Source: Escherichia coli (GTDB taxonomy: Bacteria; Pseudomonadota; Gammaproteobacteria; Enterobacterales; Enterobacteriaceae). Taken from it: a stretch of 64,000 bases of DNA. Each line of letters begins with the position of its first letter. Position 1 is the first letter of the stretch. Shown piece after piece: positions 24,890-36,383 of the stretch. Below the pieces are notes generated by a model. The model saw only the letters and a list, made by a program, of their open reading frames with translations. It did not search any database and was not told the origin of the DNA. The position numbers and the translations under genes were made by a program. The stretch lies in NCBI RefSeq assembly GCF_022846255.1, contig NZ_AP025682.1, one strand, 5' to 3'.

Positions 24890-26315
24890 TAATGCCAGTC
24901 AGTTAAGCAACTGACTGGCTCTTTTTCGGGGCTGTGGGGTATTTCCAGGGCCTCTCCTTTACCACTCTCGGGAAGGCCCTTTCCCTTCTTGTCGGTAATT
25001 TCACAAGTTGTCCCATACTTGCAAGATCGCGCATCAGCTCCGGTATACGTCCCGGTGAAGCGCCCTGCAATGTCATCAGCATTCTCATCACCATTCCACA
25101 TGATTCTGAGAAACTCAGTTGATTCGGCCAGTAACCTTTCAGATGTTCCGCCATTTTAATCATCTGATATCTCACCAGATTATAAGCCAGTAAGACACCC
25201 CACAGCTCTTGCTCCACAAGCTCCGGTTTTTTACTTCTCAGCGTCAGCCTGCTCAGTTGCATCGTCTGTTTTATCTCCCTGTATCCCAGTTCGATTTCCC
25301 AGCGATGACTGTACAGATCCGCCATTTCTCCTCCGGGGAAGCGCATGGCGTCCGTCATCGACGTCAGCAGATGGCAGACTTTTCCTTTGCGCGTCACGGT
25401 CAGCAGGCGGGCTGTCACTTCATTTCCCAGTCCCGGCCACTTTTTTCGTGCCTGCGGGCTGGTTTTCAGCTTCACCAGATGATCGCCTTTACCCAGTTTT
25501 CTGATCTCTTCATATTGCGCTCCCTTTCTGAGAGGTATCATCCAGTGGCGGTGTTCTCCCGCCAGGCTCCAGGCATTTAACAGTCCCAGTGAGTAATAAC
25601 CTTTATCCATTAACGTCAGAGTGTTATCGCCGGTTTGTTCTATAAGTTGCTCAGCAAGCTCATTTTCGCTGTTCTTCATCGTGCCGAAGGCTGCAGCCGT
25701 CAGCAGATGGCTGGTCAGTTCCATCTGGCAGACCATTTTGACCTGCGGGTAGAGCGCCGGGTTCCCGGCATGTGTCTGGCGGGGGAAGGCTGCATCGTTC
25801 TCTGGTGTATCCGGTGTGCGCCAGAACACACCATCGATGGCCAGCAGGGTCAGGCCGCACCAGTGCGGATGCGGCGTGGCGTTATGCCAGAGCTGCGCTG
25901 TTTTCGTGAACACGCGGCGGACAGCCTCACTTCCCAGGCGCTGGCGGGCCTGAATAACGGCACTGGGGGCAACGAAGGGGCGATTGCCCGGCAGCATGAT
26001 GTCCAGGCGATTCACAATCTGGTGAAGAGGTTCTTTACGCTCAAGCGCCATGCCAACAATACACCAGACCATCATTTCGAGGGGAAGACGGCGCTTGCGT
26101 AGCGTTACAGTACCTGATTCGGCAAGGCAACGAGAGATGAGTTCGGGGTCGAGGTAATCCCCCAGAGAAGTCAGTGGGTTACGCAGAGAATCGTAACGGG
26201 ATACCAGATCAAGAGCCTGTCCAATGTGCATAAAAAAATCCGGAAACAAGTGAGCGTTTCCGGATTCTTACACAGCCACTGGATCGGTCAACTGATCCTT
26301 AACTGATCGGCATTA
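24890..26315 (-). mobile_element. IS4 insertion sequence, complete (1426 bp)
   Basis: 18-bp terminal inverted repeats TAATGCCAGTCAGTTAAG (24890-24907) and TAATGCCGATCAGTTAAG (reverse complement of 26298-26315), 16/18 identical; 11-bp flanking direct repeat; single long transposase ORF. Confidence 0.95.
24903..26231 (-). CDS. IS4 transposase
   Basis: 442-aa ORF starting [34 protein letters not shown]…, recognised as the IS4 transposase; start trimmed from the 448-aa track ORF. Confidence 0.93.
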   Translation of the reverse strand: MHIGQALDLVSRYDSLRNPLTSLGDYLDPELISRCLAESGTVTLRKRRLPLEMMVWCIVGMALERKEPLHQIVNRLDIMLPGNRPFVAPSAVIQARQRLGSEAVRRVFTKTAQLWHNATPHPHWCGLTLLAIDGVFWRTPDTPENDAAFPRQTHAGNPALYPQVKMVCQMELTSHLLTAAAFGTMKNSENELAEQLIEQTGDNTLTLMDKGYYSLGLLNAWSLAGEHRHWMIPLRKGAQYEEIRKLGKGDHLVKLKTSPQARKKWPGLGNEVTARLLTVTRKGKVCHLLTSMTDAMRFPGGEMADLYSHRWEIELGYREIKQTMQLSRLTLRSKKPELVEQELWGVLLAYNLVRYQMIKMAEHLKGYWPNQLSFSESCGMVMRMLMTLQGASPGRIPELMRDLASMGQLVKLPTRRERAFPRVVKERPWKYPTAPKKSQSVA

Positions 26316-26326
26316 CAGCCTAGCTG
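26316..26326. repeat. IS4 target-site duplication, right copy (CAGCCTAGCTG)
   Basis: Identical to 24879-24889. Confidence 0.9.
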
Positions 26327-26340
26327 GGGGTTTTCTGTGC

Positions 26341-26376
26341 ACAAAAATGCCCGCCCCGGCGATCCCGGAGCGGGCA
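26341..26376 (-). terminator. rho-independent terminator of the flgBCDEFGHIJKL/flgKL transcripts
   Basis: Minus-strand hairpin GCCCGCTCCGG-gatcg-CCGGGGCGGGC followed by a T-run, about 40 bp after the flgL stop. Confidence 0.7.
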
Positions 26377-26417
26377 GACAAAACATACCCAGTTTCATGA
26401 TATGTTTTAAAGCGAGC

Positions 26418-27371
26418 TTATTTGTTGAGCTGGAAGAGCGACAATCCCTGCATATCGGTAAATGCTTTATACGATGCCTGCAATGCCGTTTGCTGCATGA
26501 TGTAAGATGAAATAGTTGCATTCCAGTCCACATCAACCAGATCGCTCATCTGCTGCGTTTGCCCTAAAGCGCGATCGCTACCTAATGAATCAAGCGACTC
26601 CAGTTCGTTCAGCTGCGTGCCTAATTCCGCGCGAACAGTCAGCACATTGTTCAGCGAGTTTTTCAGTCCGCGGTTGGTTTTATCCAGTGCCGCAGCGGCG
26701 GTTTCTTTATCCGCTTCGCTATCCGCGACCGGCGTTTTCAGGGCTGCGATGGCGCTATCCAGCATGGCAAAAAGATTGGTTTCAGAAGCGCTACCGTCTG
26801 GTTCCGCTACCGCGTTGCTGGTAATACTGTCGAAAATTTTGTCGCCCGTATGTCCTATCACCATCGAACGCGAAGCATCGACCTGTTGTTTAATACTTTC
26901 TGTTCCGCCGACATAATCACCGTCAGCCTCACTAAACGGCGCAGTCTCTGTTTTATAACCGGCAAAAATGTAGCGCCCGTTACCGTCAGTGGTGTTCGCC
27001 AGATTCAGTAACTGATCACGAAGCCCCTGAATATCCGTAGCCAGTGAGGCCCGGTCATCGTCACTCAAGGTGCCATTGCTGGCGTAGACAATTTTTTCCT
27101 GAGCATTCTGGATAGCAGTGGTGACCTGGCTAAGCACACTCTCTTCCAGTGACACTTTTTGAGTGGCGAAAGTACGCGCCAGCGTGTACTGGCTGTTTTG
27201 CGCCTGTGCCTGGGAGAGAACAACAGCTTGTGATGCAGCAATGGGATCGTCTGAAGGGTTAACGACTCGCTTACCCGTCGACATCTGTTCGCCGTACTTC
27301 ATCCATTCTGCCTGAGAATTGGTGATGCCGCGCATGTTTTGCTGGTACATCATCTGGGTACTGAAACGCAT
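26418..27371 (-). CDS. flgL: flagellar hook-associated protein 3
   Basis: 317-aa ORF with flagellin-like N- and C-terminal helical segments; last gene of the flg cluster. Confidence 0.92.
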   Translation of the reverse strand: MRFSTQMMYQQNMRGITNSQAEWMKYGEQMSTGKRVVNPSDDPIAASQAVVLSQAQAQNSQYTLARTFATQKVSLEESVLSQVTTAIQNAQEKIVYASNGTLSDDDRASLATDIQGLRDQLLNLANTTDGNGRYIFAGYKTETAPFSEADGDYVGGTESIKQQVDASRSMVIGHTGDKIFDSITSNAVAEPDGSASETNLFAMLDSAIAALKTPVADSEADKETAAAALDKTNRGLKNSLNNVLTVRAELGTQLNELESLDSLGSDRALGQTQQMSDLVDVDWNATISSYIMQQTALQASYKAFTDMQGLSLFQLNK

Positions 27372-27382
27372 TTTATCTCCCC

Positions 27383-29026
27383 TTAGCGAATGTTAATCAG
27401 CGCATCAAAAATCGCGTTTGCCGTCTGCAGAACCTGCGCATTCGCAAGGTAATACTGCTGAAAACGTTGCAGATTTCCATACTCCTCATCGAGATTGACA
27501 CCGGAAATCGACTGCTGCTGATTGGAAAGCTGCGTCACCACATTCCCTTGCGTGGTGCTACTGGTTTTCAACGTCGCGGTTTTATTACCGATATCACTCA
27601 CTAACGAGGCATAAGCGTCGTTAAAGGATTTCGCTCCGCCCACCGTTTTACTGTTGCTTTGCAGATCGAGCAGGGCCTGACCGTTGCGGTTGTCGCTATC
27701 ACCCGCATCTTCTGCGCTCGCCATGGCGATTTTCGCTTCGTCGGTGATTAATACATCCATGTTGACGATGGCGTCACTTACCGGTTTCAGTGTGAAGCTG
27801 TCGTTAACGGCAGGCGTTCCTGTAAACGTCAACTCCAGACCATCAAATGCCACTTTACCGTTGGCATCCGGCGTCACCGTAAAAGTGGTATTACTGGCAA
27901 GGCGGGTGACCTGCCACTGATTATTATCGAACGAGATTTTGTAATCTGTCGCCAGTACCGCGGAGGCATCAGTTACCGTTGCACCGATCGCAACGTCACC
28001 TTTGTTTTTCGTGTTTTGCAGAACCGTGGGCTTACCGATAGCAAAGAAATCTTCACCGGCAACGCCGTTAGCATCAAATCCGGCTTTGTGTTGGGTGTTG
28101 AAAGCTTCGGCAAATGCCAGCGCCAGTTGTCCAAGCGTATTACGCGTCTGGTCAAGATCCTGAGAACGGAATGTCAGAATGCCGCCCAGCGACCCGGTAT
28201 TCAGTAATTTTTCAGGGATCTCAATATTGCCTGCCGTCCCATCAACATAAGCGACAGTCGTACGAGAAGGGTCGGCGCTGGAAGGAACTGCCGCCAGCTG
28301 CCGCGCCGTACTTCCCTGAACCAGTGAGTAGCCATTGGCCATCGTGATGTTATAAGTGCCACCATCCTGAACGCTGACTTCTACGCCAACAATCTGGTTT
28401 AATTCGCTCACCAGTTGATCGCGTTGATCCAGCAGATTGTTAGGTGACGCCCCTGCCCCCACGCCTGTCAGGCGGGAGATCTGATCGTTCAGGCTGGCGA
28501 TTTGTTTAGCGTAATTGTTGATCTGATCAACGCTGGCACCTATCGCGATATTGACCTGTTTGTCCTGGTCGCGCAGATATTGATCGGTGGTTTTAAACTG
28601 ATTCACCAATCCTTCTGATTTCCCAATCAGCGCCTGGCGCGCTGCCGGATCTTCCGCGTTACTCACCAGCGTTTGCAGGCTGGTGAAGAAATCCTGCATC
28701 TGTGTTGCCAGCGAAGAGGTACTGGTGGAGAGCATATTGTCGATTTTCGACATCTGCTCATAGCGGGCGGTCAGGCCGCTACTTTGCGTCTGCGCAGCAC
28801 GTAACTGGTTGGTAATAAACGCATCATACTCACGCTGCACACCAGAAACGTAGACGCCATTGCCAACCCAGCCGCCAGCGCCCAACGTGCTATTGGCCTG
28901 CGCCATAATAGTGGTTTGGCGGGTATATCCGGCAACGTTATAGCTGGAGATATTATTACTTGCCGTATTTAACGCCGCCTGGGCCGCGTTCAGTCCGCTC
29001 ATGGCGTTATTGATCAAGCTGGACAT
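27383..29026 (-). CDS. flgK: flagellar hook-associated protein 1
   Basis: 547-aa ORF MSSLINNAMSGLNAAQAALNTASNNISSYNVAGYTRQ…. Confidence 0.95.
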   Translation of the reverse strand: MSSLINNAMSGLNAAQAALNTASNNISSYNVAGYTRQTTIMAQANSTLGAGGWVGNGVYVSGVQREYDAFITNQLRAAQTQSSGLTARYEQMSKIDNMLSTSTSSLATQMQDFFTSLQTLVSNAEDPAARQALIGKSEGLVNQFKTTDQYLRDQDKQVNIAIGASVDQINNYAKQIASLNDQISRLTGVGAGASPNNLLDQRDQLVSELNQIVGVEVSVQDGGTYNITMANGYSLVQGSTARQLAAVPSSADPSRTTVAYVDGTAGNIEIPEKLLNTGSLGGILTFRSQDLDQTRNTLGQLALAFAEAFNTQHKAGFDANGVAGEDFFAIGKPTVLQNTKNKGDVAIGATVTDASAVLATDYKISFDNNQWQVTRLASNTTFTVTPDANGKVAFDGLELTFTGTPAVNDSFTLKPVSDAIVNMDVLITDEAKIAMASAEDAGDSDNRNGQALLDLQSNSKTVGGAKSFNDAYASLVSDIGNKTATLKTSSTTQGNVVTQLSNQQQSISGVNLDEEYGNLQRFQQYYLANAQVLQTANAIFDALINIR

Positions 29027-29059
29027 GGAGGTTCCTTATAAGCCTTCAATTACAGAGTA

Positions 29060-29086
29060 TTATCGGCAGCGACCCGCCGGACTTGA
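29060..29086 (-). promoter_or_regulatory. sigma28 (FliA) class-3 promoter for flgKL (-35 TCAAGTCC, 11-bp spacer, -10 GCCGATAA)
   Basis: GCCGATAA is a perfect match to the sigma28 -10 element; the -35 matches 5 of 8 positions. Confidence 0.55.
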
Positions 29087-29091
29087 GTTAT

Positions 29092-30033
29092 TCAGAACAG
29101 ATTATCAATGTTCATACTGTAGGTTTTGCTCACTTTGTCGCTTATCGATTTCATCTGCTGAATCATGTTGGTGAGTTTGCGGGCATAGTGAGGATCGGTG
29201 GCATAGCCCGCGTCCTGTAGGGCCTGTGCCCCCTGCTCCGCACTCACGGCGGTCGTCACGGCAGCGTAGCGCGGATTACGTGTTAACAGCCCAACGTAAT
29301 CCGACAATGCTTCCAGATACGAGCTGTAGACCCGAAATTTCGCTTTTACTTTCTTCGCTTCGCCGTTTTCATATTCAGTCGTGGTGATTTCAGTGACTGG
29401 CCCTTTCCAGTTGCCAGAGGCTTTGACGCCAAACAGGTTGTAACTCGGCTCGCCGTTTTCGCGGCGGATTTGCCGTTGTCCCCAGCCAGATTCCAGCGCC
29501 GCCTGAGCGAGGATCAAATGATGTGGCACACCGCTTTGCTGGCTTGCCAGTTGGGCGGGCAGTGAGAGTTGCGCGAGGAATGCTTTACTGTTACCCGGCA
29601 ACGAATCATCGTAGTTACGTGGTACGGCCTTTTGCACCAGCTGAGAAAGCGCCTGATTTTGATAACGCACCACAGTTTCGAGCGGGAATTTCATCGGTGC
29701 TGCTGGCGTGGGCTCCTCTGGCAATGGTTGTTCTGGCGTCATCTGTTTAACCATCATCTCTGCAAGCCCCAGACCTTTGCCCGCCGTCATCTGTTGGGCA
29801 ATCTGCTGGTCATACATACTGGTATACAGGCGAGTGTGCTCGCTGCTGAACAGGCCATCTTTTGGTAAAGCGTCGCGCATGCTTTTCAACATCATCTGCA
29901 CGAACATCCCTTCCACCTGGCGGGCCACCGGACGGATATTTGCCGCTGGATCTTCGCCAGCTTTCGCCTTTAGTTCGTTGAGTGATTGCGCATCCCAGGC
30001 CGCACTTGCCAGTAGTTTGCTGTCGCTGATCAT
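29092..30033 (-). CDS. flgJ: flagellar rod assembly protein / muramidase FlgJ
   Basis: Start trimmed to [26 protein letters not shown]… (313 aa); ATGA overlap with flgI stop. Confidence 0.9.
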   Translation of the reverse strand: MISDSKLLASAAWDAQSLNELKAKAGEDPAANIRPVARQVEGMFVQMMLKSMRDALPKDGLFSSEHTRLYTSMYDQQIAQQMTAGKGLGLAEMMVKQMTPEQPLPEEPTPAAPMKFPLETVVRYQNQALSQLVQKAVPRNYDDSLPGNSKAFLAQLSLPAQLASQQSGVPHHLILAQAALESGWGQRQIRRENGEPSYNLFGVKASGNWKGPVTEITTTEYENGEAKKVKAKFRVYSSYLEALSDYVGLLTRNPRYAAVTTAVSAEQGAQALQDAGYATDPHYARKLTNMIQQMKSISDKVSKTYSMNIDNLF

Positions 30034-31133
30034 CAGATGATTTCCAGTTTTGCCCGCAGACATCCCGCACTTTGCATTGATTGCAAAATAGACATCAGAT
30101 CCATCGGCGTAGCGCCCAGCGCATTGAGCGCGCGCACCACGTTATTGAGGCTGGCGCTGGAACGTACGCTTTGCAGCGAACCGCCGCTCTGGCGTAAATC
30201 GATCTGCGTTTGTGGAGTAACCACAGTCTGTCCACCACCAAACGGTGTATCTGGCTGGCTGACATTGGCCTGACGATTGACCGTAACCGAGAGATTCCCC
30301 TGCGCTACTGCGCAGCTGTCGAGGGTCACTTCGCGATTCATCACCACCGAGCCAGTGCGCGAGTTAATCACTACTTTAGCGTCCTGCGGGGTGACATTAA
30401 CCTGCATATTCTGAATATCGGCAAGGAAACGGACCTGGGAACTGTTGCCACTTGGTACGCGCACCTGAATAGTCCGCGCATCTAACGCGGTGGCGCTGCC
30501 ATATCCACGCACGCGGTTGATGGTGTCAGCGATTTGCTGCGCCATGCTGAAATCTTCGTCGTTAAGTTGCAAATTAAGGGTATTCCCGACGCCAAACTGG
30601 CTGGGCAATTCACGTTCAATAACCGCACCATTGGTGATCCGTCCACCGTTCAGTTGGTTCACCTGAACACTGCTACCGCCAGCAGAGGCTCCTGCGCCGC
30701 CAACCAGAATATTGCCCTGCGCCAGAGCATACACCTGACTGTCAACGCCCTTAAGCGGTGTCATCAACAACGTACCGCCACGCAAGCTTTTGGCATTACC
30801 CATGGAAGAAACCACCACATCGATGGTTTGCCCCTGGCGTCCAAACGGCGGAAGTGACGCCGTCACCATTACCGCAGCGACGTTTTTTAGCTGCATATTG
30901 GTGCCCGTCGGAACGGTAATTCCCAGCTGTGAGAGCATGTTATTAAGCGTTTGTGTGGTAAACGGCGTCTGGGTTGTCTGGTCACCGGTTCCATCCAGCC
31001 CCACCACCAGGCCATAGCCAATCAGTGAGTTTTGCCTTACCCCCTGAACACTGGTGAGATCGCGAATACGCTCAGCCTGAGCCGCCGTGATAACCAGTAG
31101 AAGAATTAATGCAGAGAGAAATTTAATCACCAC
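30033..31133 (-). CDS. flgI: flagellar P-ring protein
   Basis: 366-codon ORF with signal peptide. Confidence 0.93.
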   Translation of the reverse strand: MVIKFLSALILLLVITAAQAERIRDLTSVQGVRQNSLIGYGLVVGLDGTGDQTTQTPFTTQTLNNMLSQLGITVPTGTNMQLKNVAAVMVTASLPPFGRQGQTIDVVVSSMGNAKSLRGGTLLMTPLKGVDSQVYALAQGNILVGGAGASAGGSSVQVNQLNGGRITNGAVIERELPSQFGVGNTLNLQLNDEDFSMAQQIADTINRVRGYGSATALDARTIQVRVPSGNSSQVRFLADIQNMQVNVTPQDAKVVINSRTGSVVMNREVTLDSCAVAQGNLSVTVNRQANVSQPDTPFGGGQTVVTPQTQIDLRQSGGSLQSVRSSASLNNVVRALNALGATPMDLMSILQSMQSAGCLRAKLEII

Positions 31134-31141
31134 AGTCTCAC

Positions 31142-31840
31142 TTACATTGGCGACAGGTTAAGGAAGAAACGCTGCAACCAGCCCATATTTTGCGCTTCGT
31201 TAATGTAGCCATTGCCTACGTATTCAATGCGCGCATCCGCCACCTGAGTAGATGGTACGGTATTGCTGCCGCTGATAGTGCGTGGATTAACCACGCCAGA
31301 GAAGCGAATAAATTCGGTACCCTGATTAATGGCGATCTGTTTTTCACCCACCACATGCAGGTTGCCGTTGACCAGTACCTGGTCAACCGTCACCGTCAAC
31401 GTACCGCTAAAGGTATTGCTGGCATTGGCCCCGCCTTTTCCGTTGAACGTGTTACCACCGGAGGCTTCGACATCGGCACGAGCGTTACCAAACAACCCCT
31501 GCAAATAGCGCGGCACAGTATCAAAGCCAAAATTAGTTTTACCGTCACGGCTGGCATTCGCAGAGGAGCTTTTGCTGGCGCTGACGTTCTCCTGCAACAC
31601 GATAGTCAGCGTATCGCCAATATTGCGTGGTCGACGATCTTCAAACAGCGGTTGATAGCCATAGTTAATCGGCTGAGCAGACTGGAAAATAGACCCGTTG
31701 GCGACGGGCGTCGGACCGGGAACCGGTTGTGCACTGGTCGCCCCTTGTACCAGCGGCGTGGAGGGTATCCAGGCGCAGCCGGTTAGTGAAAGCACCAACA
31801 AGCTGGAAATGGCATAAGTATGCGCAGCGTTTTTTTGCAT
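31142..31840 (-). CDS. flgH: flagellar L-ring lipoprotein
   Basis: Start trimmed to [22 protein letters not shown]… (lipobox); 232 aa. Confidence 0.92.
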   Translation of the reverse strand: MQKNAAHTYAISSLLVLSLTGCAWIPSTPLVQGATSAQPVPGPTPVANGSIFQSAQPINYGYQPLFEDRRPRNIGDTLTIVLQENVSASKSSSANASRDGKTNFGFDTVPRYLQGLFGNARADVEASGGNTFNGKGGANASNTFSGTLTVTVDQVLVNGNLHVVGEKQIAINQGTEFIRFSGVVNPRTISGSNTVPSTQVADARIEYVGNGYINEAQNMGWLQRFFLNLSPM

Positions 31841-31892
31841 GGCTATCATCTTCAAAAATCAGTAAACCGGTGAACCTGCCACCGGTTAAGCC

Positions 31893-32693
<801 letters not shown>

Positions 32694-32720
32694 TTAGTGA
32701 CAAAGTGCATATGTCTTCTT

Positions 32721-32754
<34 letters not shown>

Positions 32755-32846
32755 AAGAGCTCGCAAAATCGATAAATTGCGATTGCCCCCATAGACCCGA
32801 TAAACTTGCGCATAGGGCAACTTATACTTGTCATGTATCCTTTCAA

Positions 32847-33602
32847 TTAACTCATCGACAGCAGTTGGTTGGCACGGCCTGCGTTATCATCGACGCTGCT
32901 GATCACCTTCATCTGCATTTCAAAACGCCGTGCGCTGGCAATCATGTCGCTCATTGCCGCAACGGCATTGACGTTACTGCCTTCCAGACCCCCCGACATC
33001 ACACGCAAGGTTGGATCTGCCTGCAGTACCGGCCCACGCCTAGCCTGGCTTTCTGCGCTTAAACGAAAAATGCCATCGTCACCGCGCTGGACTTCGCTGC
33101 CCGTGGCTTTCACCAGCTTCAGACGCCCCACTGGCGCAACCGTATTTGCCGGATCGCCCGGATTGAGCACCGAGATTGTGCCATCGGCAGCAATAGTGAT
33201 TTCCGCCCCTTCCGGCACAGCAATTGGCCCCGCCTCGCCTACCACCGGATGTCCCTGAATTGTCAGTTGCCCGGTGGGATCAACCTGAATGCTGCCATTA
33301 CGCGTATACCCTTCACTGCCGTCAGCGGTCTGCACGACCAGCCAACCATCCTGCTGCAACGCAACGTCCAGCGGGCGCGAGGTGTAATCCATCTTGCCGG
33401 GCGTCATGTCTGCACCCGGTGTTGACGCCGTTACCAGCGTGCGCGTGGGCAGTGAAAGCCCTTCCACCGGCACTGCGCGCAAGGCGTTTAACTGCGCGCG
33501 AAAACCGGGCGTTGAGGCATTGGCCAGATTACTGGCGGTTACCGCCTGTTGATTCAGCGTCTGGCTGGCTGCTCCCATCGCGGTATAAATTGCGTGATCC
33601 AT
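32847..33602 (-). CDS. flgF: flagellar proximal rod protein
   Basis: 251-aa ORF; rod-family termini. Confidence 0.93.
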   Translation of the reverse strand: MDHAIYTAMGAASQTLNQQAVTASNLANASTPGFRAQLNALRAVPVEGLSLPTRTLVTASTPGADMTPGKMDYTSRPLDVALQQDGWLVVQTADGSEGYTRNGSIQVDPTGQLTIQGHPVVGEAGPIAVPEGAEITIAADGTISVLNPGDPANTVAPVGRLKLVKATGSEVQRGDDGIFRLSAESQARRGPVLQADPTLRVMSGGLEGSNVNAVAAMSDMIASARRFEMQMKVISSVDDNAGRANQLLSMS

Positions 33603-33621
33603 TGAGCTATCCCGTCAGCGA

Positions 33622-34827
33622 TTAGCGTAAGTTAACCAGCGTATTGAGGATCTGGTCCTGGGTTTTGATGGTCTGGGCGTTAGACTGATAGTTACGCTGG
33701 GCAACGATCATATTGACCAGTTCTTTACTGAGATCGACGTTGGACGCTTCCAGCGCACCGTTGGTCAGTGTGCCAAAGTTGCCCGTCCCGGCTGTCCCCA
33801 ACAGCGCCACGCCAGAAGATTGCGTAGCGGACCAGACGTTGTCGCCTTCGGATGCCAGACCTTCGTTGTTGGCAAAGTTCGCCAGTACAATCTGCCCCAG
33901 CAGTTGGGTTTGTTCGTTGGAATAGTTGCCGACAACCGTACCGTCATCATTGATTTGATAACTCACCAGATCGCCCGGTTTGTAGCCGTTCTGGGTGGTT
34001 GCCACAATGTTGTTAGCGCCGGTATTTTGCTGCATGGAGTTGAGGAAGCTCAGGCTAAACGTGGCGGGATCTGCGCCGTTAATTGCGCCAGTGGAAATAT
34101 TCGCTGTTGGATTTGAGGTCAGAACGCCATTGGCATTAAACACCAGTGTTGTCGCTGTCTTCGCAATGCTGTTTGGATCACTACTATCCTGGGTGTAGAC
34201 CTGCCAGTTATTATCCCCGGTCTTCACAAAGTAGACGCTCATGTCATGAGCATTACCCTGACTATCGAAAACAGTCACCGAACCTTTTTTGTTATAGCTA
34301 TCCGCATTGCTGGCATCAAATGCGTTAACAGAGGGAAGCGAATCACTGGAATTCAGGTTGATCTGCATCGACGCCGTGGTGGTAGTTTTCGCTGCCATCA
34401 GGGTATTCGGGATCGAAATATTGGTCGGATTCGCCCCTTGTTGAATAGTCGGCGGCGTACCGGTTGCCGGGTAACCCGTCAGCTGTAAACCTTGCATATT
34501 CACCAGGTTACGGTTTTCATCCAGCTTAAATTGTCCGTTACGGCTGTAGAACACCGAACCATTGCTGTCTACCAGACGGAAAAAACCGTTCTGGCTGATA
34601 GCAACGTCCAGACCACGCCCGGTGTTGGTGGTCGTGCCATCGGTAAAGTCCTGAGTGATACCAGCAACTTTTACCCCCAGTCCCACTTTCGAACCGGCAA
34701 ACATATCGGCAAAAGAGGCCGTGCCTGATTTAAAGCCGTAGGTGGCGGAGTTGGCGATATTGTTGCCAATAACATCGAGGTTAGTGGCGGCAGCGTTTAA
34801 TCCGCTAACCGCTTGAGAAAAGGCCAT
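33622..34827 (-). CDS. flgE: flagellar hook protein
   Basis: 401-aa ORF MAFSQAVSGLNAAATNLDVIGNNIANSATYGFK…. Confidence 0.95.
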   Translation of the reverse strand: MAFSQAVSGLNAAATNLDVIGNNIANSATYGFKSGTASFADMFAGSKVGLGVKVAGITQDFTDGTTTNTGRGLDVAISQNGFFRLVDSNGSVFYSRNGQFKLDENRNLVNMQGLQLTGYPATGTPPTIQQGANPTNISIPNTLMAAKTTTTASMQINLNSSDSLPSVNAFDASNADSYNKKGSVTVFDSQGNAHDMSVYFVKTGDNNWQVYTQDSSDPNSIAKTATTLVFNANGVLTSNPTANISTGAINGADPATFSLSFLNSMQQNTGANNIVATTQNGYKPGDLVSYQINDDGTVVGNYSNEQTQLLGQIVLANFANNEGLASEGDNVWSATQSSGVALLGTAGTGNFGTLTNGALEASNVDLSKELVNMIVAQRNYQSNAQTIKTQDQILNTLVNLR

Positions 34828-34851
34828 GACTGACTCCTGAAATGTGAAGGC

Positions 34852-35547
34852 TTAAATTATCTGCCGTACTTCGTCGAGGGTAGTGGTGCCGTAAGTGCCG
34901 AGATCCAGCGTATTACCGTTGTTGCCGCGGATCACCCCCTGCACCAGAGCAAACTGCAGCGGTTGGGCAACCAGTTGTGTACCACCGTTACTGGCGCTAA
35001 TCGCTACATTGTAAGAACCGTTCGGCGCGGTGCTGCCGTCAGTCAACGTACCGTCCCAGGTGAAACTGTGGACTCCGGCAGTCAGTTCACCGATATCAAT
35101 GGTACGGACGACCGCGCCGTTTTTATCGGTGATGGTGGCCGTCACTTTGTCTGCTGCCTGTTGCAACTCAACACCAAACGGCGTGGTCGTGGTCACAGCC
35201 CCTTCTTCACTGCCGGTTCCCGCAAGAACAGTGGTACCGGGGATCATCACGCCGTGACCAATCAGGTTACTGGCCTGTAACGACTGGCTGTTATCAATCT
35301 GTCCGGAAATAGATCCGAGCGTGGTATTGAGTTTTTCAATCCCACTGACCGTGCTGATTTGTGCCAATTGCGACGTCAGCTCGTTGTTTTCCATTGGATT
35401 GGTCGGGTCCTGGTTTTTCAGCTGCGCCACCAACAAAGTCAGAAAACTGCTTTGTAAATCTGCGGCGTTGCTGCCCGTGAGCGAACTACTGCTGGTGGTA
35501 CTGACGCCGGTATTCGTCGGATCGGTGGTGGTTACCGCAATAGACAT
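34852..35547 (-). CDS. flgD: flagellar hook capping/assembly protein
   Basis: 231-aa ORF; position between flgC and flgE. Confidence 0.92.
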   Translation of the reverse strand: MSIAVTTTDPTNTGVSTTSSSSLTGSNAADLQSSFLTLLVAQLKNQDPTNPMENNELTSQLAQISTVSGIEKLNTTLGSISGQIDNSQSLQASNLIGHGVMIPGTTVLAGTGSEEGAVTTTTPFGVELQQAADKVTATITDKNGAVVRTIDIGELTAGVHSFTWDGTLTDGSTAPNGSYNVAISASNGGTQLVAQPLQFALVQGVIRGNNGNTLDLGTYGTTTLDEVRQII

Positions 35548-35558
35548 AGCTTTCTCCT

Positions 35559-35963
35559 TTATTGACCGAGCGTAAGGGTTTTCAGCATCATGCTTTTCAC
35601 CGTGTTGAGCACTTCAACATTGGCCTGATAACTGCGTGACGCCGACATGGTGTTAACCATCTCCCCGACGACATCAACGTTTGGCATTTTCACGTAGCCC
35701 TTTGCATCCGCCAGCGGATTACCCGGTTCATAAACCAGTTTGTCCGGAGCCTGACTTTCTATAACATCGGCAACCTTTACGCCGCCTGTCGCAGCACCTA
35801 GCGCAGCGTTAACCTGGAATACCACCTGTTTTGCCCGATATGGCTGTCCATCGGGACCGGTCACGCTATCAGCATTCGCCAGATTACTGGCCGCCACGTT
35901 CAGGCGCTGGGACTGGGCAGTTAACGCCGACCCGGCGATATCAAAAATATTCAGCAGTGCCAT
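35559..35963 (-). CDS. flgC: flagellar proximal rod protein
   Basis: 134-aa [36 protein letters not shown]…. Confidence 0.95.
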   Translation of the reverse strand: MALLNIFDIAGSALTAQSQRLNVAASNLANADSVTGPDGQPYRAKQVVFQVNAALGAATGGVKVADVIESQAPDKLVYEPGNPLADAKGYVKMPNVDVVGEMVNTMSASRSYQANVEVLNTVKSMMLKTLTLGQ

Positions 35964-35966
35964 CCG

Positions 35967-36383
35967 TTAATTTCCGCTCTGTAAAACGTTCATCATGCCT
36001 TTGATCTGCCCGCTCAACGCGCTAAGGCTCATCTGGTATTGCAGGCTGTTATCGGCAAACTGGGTGCGTTCGCGATCCATATCGACAGTATTACCGTCAA
36101 GCGAAGGCTGGTCCGGAATACGGTATTGCAGTTCTGCGGAAGGAGGCGTCAGCGCCTGCGCCGGAATGTGTTTCGTTGAGGTCATCGTCAGAGCAACCAC
36201 ACTGGTTGCATCCCGTCCACGTTGCATGACTTTTTTAAGTTCACTGGCAAAATCGATATCGCGCGCCTGATAACCAGGGGTATCGGCATTGGCGATGTTT
36301 GCTGCCAGCACTTCCTGACGCTGGGCGCGCAGATTGAGCGCCTCTTGTTGAAAACGTAAGGCGGCGTCGAGCTTATCGAGCAT
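35967..36383 (-). CDS. flgB: flagellar proximal rod protein
   Basis: 138-aa ORF; first gene of the flgB operon. Confidence 0.95.
   Translation of the reverse strand: MLDKLDAALRFQQEALNLRAQRQEVLAANIANADTPGYQARDIDFASELKKVMQRGRDATSVVALTMTSTKHIPAQALTPPSAELQYRIPDQPSLDGNTVDMDRERTQFADNSLQYQMSLSALSGQIKGMMNVLQSGN

Larger units (their letters stand above)
24195..26340 (-). mobile_element. IS200-family insertion sequence (about 709 bp once the nested IS4 and its duplication are subtracted)
   Basis: Y1/HUH transposase gene flanked by matching sub-terminal hairpins; outer boundaries are approximate. Confidence 0.8.
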
